A stretch of 62,781 bases of DNA, filler included, from Stramenopiles sp. TOSAG23-2 (taxonomy: Eukaryota), in NCBI GenBank assembly GCA_900128395.1. It is 13 parts of 13 records of this genome, joined end to end, with 100 filler letters (N's around TTAATTAATTAA, not from the genome) between each part and the next. Parts side by side here need not be neighbours in the genome. Positions count along the whole stretch, not along the records: positions 54,691 to 60,019 come from LT650689.1; positions 60,120 to 61,400 come from LT653274.1; positions 61,501 to 62,781 come from LT653275.1; 10 more parts are not named here. One strand, written 5' to 3'. The position numbers and the translations under genes were made by a program. Positions 56,459-62,781 of the stretch are shown one piece after another. Within the stretch, counting starts at the first letter, position 1; each line of letters begins with the position of its first letter. A model generated the notes under the pieces. It saw only the letters and a list, made by a program, of their open reading frames with translations. It was not told the origin of the DNA and made no database searches.

Positions 56459-57856
56459 TTATTGGCATACTTTACGTAATGCATTGCCAATTTTCTCCAC
56501 ATTGCCATTTAAATCTTCACATAGATTCACAATAACCTTTGTATGTTTTAATGAATAATCAGTGAATTGTTCTGGGCATTGTTCATTGTAAATTTTAATA
56601 ATTTCACGATGGCAATCATATTTTGTTGGTTTATATGCATGTGTTTCATACATTTTCTTGGCAATATTCTCATCATTGGAGCCATATAAATTCACAATTA
56701 ATTGTTTGAAAATTTCATTTGATGATTCACGTGATTGAATTTCTTTAATTAATTCTTTTGCATCTTTACCAGTTTTCATATATTTATGAAATAAACGTAC
56801 AATATTAATATCACGGGAATCAACCATACCAGCTAATGCGCTTGTTCTTGCCATGTCCTCATCTGCATCATTACGTGGTATTAATGTCACTTCAATCGAT
56901 GATGATGATTTTTTCTTACGTAACAATAATTGTTGTTGTGCTTTAACAGCAGGTGGATTTAAATCTTCATCCCCTTCAAAATTTGCACATGGTTCATTTG
57001 TAAAATCAGTTGTACCATATTGTTGTACATGTGATTTAACTGTTTCATTTTTCACGATTTCAAATTGTTTTTGTAATGTTTCTGTTTTTAAATCTGCAGT
57101 ATCTGCATTTTCCATCCAATTCACAGAATATAAATCACCTAAACATGTATGCATATCTTTGCCATTCACTTTATCTTGTGGTGGACAGTATGTACCCCAA
57201 CTTGATTCCGATGGATTTGCTGCCGTTGTGATGTAAATGTTTAACTTTTTTAAATCATCTGAATATTGTTCAAACATTGAGCCAGATTCACATGCTTCCA
57301 CATAAAATGTTAATTCTTTAAACATTTGATTATCAGACATTTTTTTCAATGCCTTGTTTAAATCATCTGCATGTAAATATGGTGGATTTGGCATAGCAAT
57401 TAAACCTGTACCGCCATGATCTGCGAAATAAATGAAGACACGGTCCGTTGATGTTGAATTTAATACACGTCCATTGCCACCTTGTACTTTATCCTTATCA
57501 CCAGTAATAACAGCAATAAAATTATCTGCATTAACATCACGTTGTTCATAATCAATATTATCTTTACAATTTGCATATACATCAACACCTGGTGTATTAC
57601 TATCCGTTGGTTTATTGAATAATTTTCCTTTAAATGGATTTTGCCACGAGTTTGCTACGTCATTGTACATCATCATGACGATGTTTGATTTTGGTATACC
57701 TTGTTTGATTAAGATATTGTAAGAATGGCAAATATCTGCATGATGGCGATAATTTTGATATCCATGACTACCAGCAATTAATACAGCATGGTGTGCTGCA
57801 TTTGTCGTGTGAATGATGGTAAAGATTGCTATTGCAAATACGAGTACAAATTTCAT
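56459..57856 (-). CDS. LGMN: Legumain / asparaginyl endopeptidase (C13)
   Basis: Signal peptide; AVLIAGS..NYRH; catalytic DHG and EACESG; CLGDLYSVNWME; C-terminal prodomain. Confidence 0.96.
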   Translation of the reverse strand: MKFVLVFAIAIFTIIHTTNAAHHAVLIAGSHGYQNYRHHADICHSYNILIKQGIPKSNIVMMMYNDVANSWQNPFKGKLFNKPTDSNTPGVDVYANCKDNIDYEQRDVNADNFIAVITGDKDKVQGGNGRVLNSTSTDRVFIYFADHGGTGLIAMPNPPYLHADDLNKALKKMSDNQMFKELTFYVEACESGSMFEQYSDDLKKLNIYITTAANPSESSWGTYCPPQDKVNGKDMHTCLGDLYSVNWMENADTADLKTETLQKQFEIVKNETVKSHVQQYGTTDFTNEPCANFEGDEDLNPPAVKAQQQLLLRKKKSSSSIEVTLIPRNDADEDMARTSALAGMVDSRDINIVRLFHKYMKTGKDAKELIKEIQSRESSNEIFKQLIVNLYGSNDENIAKKMYETHAYKPTKYDCHREIIKIYNEQCPEQFTDYSLKHTKVIVNLCEDLNGNVEKIGNALRKVCQ

Positions 57857-57877
57857 GATTGGTTGTTTTTAATATTA

Positions 57878-58069
57878 TTATTAAATTGTTTGAATATATA
57901 TATTACTGTAATATGATTGATAAAAATTATATCAACAGACTTTACTTTTACAGACTTTTACTTTTACAGACTTTTATTAAATTGTTTGAATATATATATT
58001 ACTGTAATATGATTGATAAAAATTATATCAACAGACTTTACTTTTACAGACTTTTACTTTTACAGACTT
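57878..58069. repeat. 96-bp tandem duplication (probable assembly artefact)
   Basis: TTATTAAATTGTTTGAATAT... at 57878 and 57974. Confidence 0.85.
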
Positions 58070-58275
58070 TACTTTTAATATGATTGTTTTGATGCATTAA
58101 CGACTTACATTTGTTGATCGATCGATTGATTTTTGGACAAATATTTGTTCTATAGTATTACGTGTTATTTTATTGGAAAAAGGATTTTCAAAAAAAAAAC
58201 AAAAAATTGTAAAGGGTTGAGCTGAGCTGAAAAGATATATAGGAATCGATATATATTAGTGCTATTTACCTGCTC

Positions 58276-58500
58276 CCAGACAAATTTTAATTACTGGCAA
58301 TAGCTATTGACAGAACCCTATTTATAACTATATCTGGAAACGAGTTTGTGCTATGATAGTGCTAATATCGGATATTTATATTGACACAAATCTATTAGTT
58401 TTGTAATTTCGGTCAACTGGCAATAGCTTTTAGCACAAAATATGGTATTTCAGTGCTGTGTAATGCTAATAGCTATTGCCAGTAATTAAAATTTATCTGG
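58276..58500. mobile_element. MITE-like 225-bp element with 33-bp terminal inverted repeats
   Basis: CCAGACAAATTTTAATTACTGGCAATAGCTATT versus the reverse complement of 58468-58500, one mismatch; no clear TSD. Confidence 0.7.
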
Positions 58501-58507
58501 CCCCCAG

Positions 58508-58545
58508 GCTGGGTGCTGGGTGCTGGGTGCTGGGTGCTGGGTGCT
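58508..58545. repeat. (GCTGGGT)5 G-rich heptamer repeat
   Basis: Five GGG runs at 7-bp spacing. Confidence 0.9.
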
Positions 58546-58556
58546 CCCTAAAGTTA

Positions 58557-58808
58557 AAGTATAAATTATGTGTCATTTGATTGAAATAAATCGATAATTT
58601 TAATATTTCTGATATTCTAATTTCCCTTTCAAGTATAACTTATGTGTCCTTTGATAGGAATAAAAATCGATAATTCATATTTCTGATATTCTAATTACCC
58701 CTTCAAGTATAAATTATGTGTCATTTGATAGGAAATAAATCGATAATTTTAATATTTTCGATATTCTAATTTCCCCTTCAAGTATAAATTATGCATCATT
58801 TGATAGGA
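58557..58808. repeat. ~74-bp diverged tandem repeat, about 3.4 copies
   Basis: AAGTATAA.TTATG at 58557, 58631, 58705 and 58780. Confidence 0.92.
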
Positions 58809-59163
58809 TGTCTTTATATAGGAATCTATTTGTATAGTACTAAGTACAAATGATAACAAATTATTTTTAAATAACGACAATTTGAAATACTACTAATAAC
58901 TAAGTACTACTAATGAAAGAATTGATTGATGTATATATATATATATATGTAGTAGTAGATAAATCACAGAATTTATAGATAAAGTGCAAATTATTTTGAT
59001 ATTTCATATATATATTGTATACCACGTTTGTACATTGTGTGTTTGTTTGTGAGAAATTTAATTTGTGTATTTTTTTTTTTCTAAAAAAATATTACATCAT
59101 CATTATAAACATTTTTTATTAGTGACATTTTGTATAAAATAATAATAATAATAGTTTTGAATA

Positions 59164-59409
59164 ATGTCGGAAGAAACACCACAGAATAGTCAAGATTTAA
59201 CCGTCTTTGTACAATCATTGTTGCAACAAATGCAAGGTCGTTTTCAACAAATGTCAGAAGCAATTATAGGACGTATTGATGAAATGGGTGGTCGTATTGA
59301 CGAGTTGGAAGCATCTATTGGTGAATTAATGGCACAAGCTGGTGTAGAAGATGATGAAGATGGTAAAAAAGATGGTGAAGCTGGTGATAAAAATGAATCA
59401 GAATCGTAA
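59164..59409 (+). CDS. HSBP1: Heat shock factor-binding protein 1
   Basis: DLTVFVQSLLQQMQGRFQQMSEAIIGRIDEMGGRIDELEASIGELMAQAG. Confidence 0.96.
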   Translation: MSEETPQNSQDLTVFVQSLLQQMQGRFQQMSEAIIGRIDEMGGRIDELEASIGELMAQAGVEDDEDGKKDGEAGDKNESES

Positions 59410-59819
59410 GAAAAAGAGGGAGAGGAAAGGAAAATAGGAAAGGTAAGAAGAAAAGAAAAGATATATAATGTATGTATATATATATACCATATGATAATAT
59501 GTTGCGTTGTAAAAATGGAAAGTGTTTGTAACAAAGAGAGAAATATTGTCTCTTCATTATAGTACTGGAGATTGTGAAGTATTAGAAGGTATGATAAACG
59601 ATAAGATTTTTATATTTTTATAAATAATCATATTATCTCATCACCTGAGAAAAAAGTGGTGAAATTTAAAAAAAACACGACGACACATGAAATATGTCAT
59701 TTTATTTGCTTCATTAAAAATTAAAATTTTACAAACTTCGTAAAAAATAATTGTGTGGGTGATAGACCAGGGGTGCTGACTTTTTAAAAAAAACACACAA
59801 TTTCTTTTTTTTAACTTTT

Positions 59820-60017
59820 TTAACACAATTGTGTATTATCTGATAATTGTTCTGTCCATTTCAATGTATTATCACCTCCATCACTTTCCTCCTCCTCCTC
59901 CTCCTCCTCCTCAGCTTCCATCATTACCTTTCCTTCATCAATTCCATCGCCATTTTTTATTTGTAATTCATGCATATTCATCGTACGTTGCCTCCTTACT
60001 TCACGTTCTTTACGATA
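59820..60017 (-). CDS. Acidic 3' end of an unidentified gene
   Basis: Open frame from contig edge YRKEREVRRQR...EEEEEEEE...TQLC, then stop. Confidence 0.5.
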   Translation of the reverse strand, partial: YRKEREVRRQRTMNMHELQIKNGDGIDEGKVMMEAEEEEEEEEESDGGDNTLKWTEQLSDNTQLC

Positions 60018-60120
60018 GCNNNNNNNNNNNNNNNNNNNNNNNNNNNNNNNNNNNNNNNNNNNNTTAATTAATTAANNNNNNNNNNNNNNNNNNNNNNNNN
60101 NNNNNNNNNNNNNNNNNNNT

Positions 60121-61400
60121 CTATCTAAAATAACAACACCAGCAGAATGTAAATTAGCAGCTGAATATAATAGGAAGAAGAATATTGATAACAATGAAGG
60201 ATATGGAGGCCGAACGAGTATGTCGAGTAGACCACCTGGATGTTTTTATACCCCTGGTGGTTATAATAAATATTATTGGAATGACTACACAAAATCAACA
60301 TATAAATGTAGTAGTGGTAAGAAATGTATATGCAAAACAAAAATATGTATCAAATGCCCAAGACATACATATAGTAAAGGTGGTACCAATCCAATATGTA
60401 CACCATGTAAAGCCCATGAAATAACTGATTCTACACAAACAAAATGTATTGATCCTTCAAAGTTAATAACAAATTTAAGACAATCTATAGATGCCACTAC
60501 TATCAAAGTAAACAAGGCTGCAGTAAAAACGGCCAAAATTGAAAACAAAGTCGACGTTGCGGAGAAGAAAGCATCTGGGGCAAAAGCAACAGCTACAACT
60601 GCAGATAAAAGCATAAGAGGAGTTGAAACGAAAGTACAAGCAAATGCTGGTCGGTTAAAGATTGCTGAAACACAAACAAAGCAAATACAAAGCAATGTGA
60701 AAATTGCTCATAATGCGGCAACCACGGCGAAAAACACTGCATCTACAGCACAGAAAACAGCCAGTACAGCAAAGTCAACCGCAAACAATGCTCGAAAAGC
60801 GGCCAGTATAGCACAGAAAATAGCCAGAGAAGCAAAAGACGAAGCTGAACATTTAAAAAATGTTGTTAAAATGACAAAAACAAGTGTGAAAGAGTTGGAA
60901 AAAAAAGCTAATAAGAAAATCAAAGAGTTAAAGGAGAGTACTGATACTCACGTCACAGAAATCAAAACTAAACTTGACAAGCAAAAAGAAAAACAAAACG
61001 ATTTATCCATTAAAAACTCACGTTTATGGCAAAAAGAACAAATACGTATAAAACATGACAACATGATGCAACGACGTAAAGCAAACGATGATATAAAGGA
61101 AACAAAAGCATGTGAACATCAACGTTCAAAAGGTACTGTGATCTTTCCTGCCATTGAAATTTCCAACGAAATTGAAGATAAAGAAGATACTACATGTATC
61201 GACACAAATCGTGATGAATTATTAAAATCATTTTGTTCCTTTAGAATGGATTTAGATAATTTATTTCAAATTCAAAATATTGATAAAGAAGCAAAAACAT
61301 TTTGGCCAAATATATGTTGCAAAGAAAGACGCGATACTACATTAGAAGTATGTGAGGATCCATCTGGTAAATTAGCTCGTGGTGACATTATACCATTATC
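60121..61400 (+). CDS. Internal fragment of an extracellular Cys-rich protein with an Ala-rich coiled coil
   Basis: Frame open across the contig; EC..AA..RPPGCFY..CS..CIC, CPRHTYSKGG..C..C, then heptads ASTAQKT/ASTAKST/ANNARKA. Confidence 0.8.
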
Positions 61401-61500
61401 NNNNNNNNNNNNNNNNNNNNNNNNNNNNNNNNNNNNNNNNNNNNTTAATTAATTAANNNNNNNNNNNNNNNNNNNNNNNNNNNNNNNNNNNNNNNNNNNN

Positions 61501-62779
61501 CATTCGTTCCGTAATCTTTGGATAAAATTTGGAAACGCCTTCTTTCTTCCTCTTGCATTGATTCAACCACTTCTTGATCTATTAATTCGATTCCAGTTAT
61601 AGGCTCATTTTGACTTTGATCAGTGTGGCAAACATAAAGTTGATTTGCATCATTTGGACTGATATTTACATCGACAAATGTATACCCTTTAGCGCCAGAG
61701 TCACGAACTACTATATCTCGTATTGGTAAATCTTGCAAATAGCAAATAAAAATGGGCTCTTTCTCTCCCCCATTTACATCTTTACTGATTTTACTAAAGC
61801 CTTCTTTTACATGTGTATCTTTTCCAACAATAATATCAATGTTAGAAATAGGAGACCCTTCTCCACGTTTATATGCTAAATAAACGCGTTTAGCCGTTGA
61901 TAAGCCACCTTGATTCAAATTGCCATCAACAAATTCCCAACCAGGCAAATCAGGCCGTGGATCTGTCGAGCCACAATCTACGACAGTTAAATCAGATAAT
62001 GGTTGCACGTTTTCATCAGGGCTACGCTTTACACATAAGAATACATATGGTGTATCTTCTCTACCTTCGTTTAAATTAAACCCATGCCGTTCATAACCTT
62101 CTGGTATTTCGATCTCAAGACCTTTGCCGCTGACAACTTTTATATCGGTAATAGCTTTAAAACGTGTTGGAAATACCAGCGGCACATCTAGATATGGTTC
62201 TTCTTTTCCAATTTTTAAGTTCCCACATTTAAAACATTGCATCGAATTACGTATTGTGGATCCAAATAATTTACCAGTTACATCATATTCAGTCTTCTCC
62301 AACCCAATTTGTGAAAATTCACTAGATAAGTATTGCCAGAATTCTGAAACATCTTGTTGTTGCCCAGAGCCAAAGGTACCAGATGGCAATGCACGTTGAA
62401 GTTTGTGGGACGCGACGTATGGTTTGTCGATTCCGCTTAACGAAGCATATAAATCTGCTAATGCTTTTACAACATTATTCTCAGCATTACGGTCAATAAA
62501 TACAGAATTAAAATGCAAAACACCCGTTCGAAATTCCGATGAGCGATATAACGATTGCAACAAGCTATTTTGGAAGCATATATTGGTCAAATTGTCTTTC
62601 CCGTTTACTAATCCGCAACAGCCTGTACTATTTTGAAAACTATTTCTGAAGTTTTCGTAATCCATTGTCCGCTTCCCGCGCCATTCAATGATACTATTTC
62701 CTTTAAATAATATGCCATTCAATGTATCAGTTGCAAAATTTAATTTTATCAAAATTAAATTTTTCGTTTTGTTTGCCCT
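61501..62779 (-). CDS. Internal fragment of a ubiquitin-specific protease (C19) with an inserted MABP-like domain
   Basis: GLVN..NICFQNSLLQSL Cys box, QQQDVSEF, CFKC; repeats ITDIKVV..PEGYE..NLNEG..VFLCVKR and LSDLTVV..PGWE..NLNQG..VYLAYKR. Confidence 0.85.
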
Positions 62780-62781
62780 TC

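Noticed and set aside
58508-58545. Telomeric repeat
   Set aside because: Internal, only five units, and not a TTAGGG/TTTAGGG-type unit

Overview
This is not one locus. It is 13 short contigs (5397, 5397, 5383, 5378, 5369, 5368, 5365, 5353, 5340, 5340, 5329, 1281 and 1281 bp, sorted by length) joined by an artificial 100-bp spacer, N44-TTAATTAATTAA-N44. The source is an AT-rich, intron-poor, poly-Asn-rich microbial eukaryote. A marine stramenopile-like SAG/MAG is my inference and is not provable here. Recognisable genes: CCR4/Angel-type EEP nuclease, SDR, TMEM163, Trm9-like MTase (partial), importin-13/transportin-3-like, CYP51-clan P450, GNAT, TPP2, a PPR-like protein, an MFS transporter, an intron-containing SRPBCC protein, a glycoside-hydrolase-like protein, EIPR1, anamorsin, legumain, HSBP1 and a USP-MABP fragment. 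Contig 4 carries a hAT-type transposase region. The most striking locus is contig 10 (49251-54590). It holds a secreted JmjC hydroxylase fused to a COLGALT-like GT25 domain, split only by a 91-bp exact duplication. Next to it are a GC-rich GT11 fragment and a Lys-rich collagen-like gene. A perfect 20-bp inverted repeat, read as DGKPAM in both genes, brackets the JmjC/GT11 segment, so an inversion would swap GT25 between JmjC and GT11. Non-coding signals include a recurrent upstream TACCAGGT motif, a dispersed ~130-bp element downstream of stop codons, a MITE-like element, a long hairpin and minisatellites. Several exact 91-153-bp tandem duplications are probably assembly artefacts.
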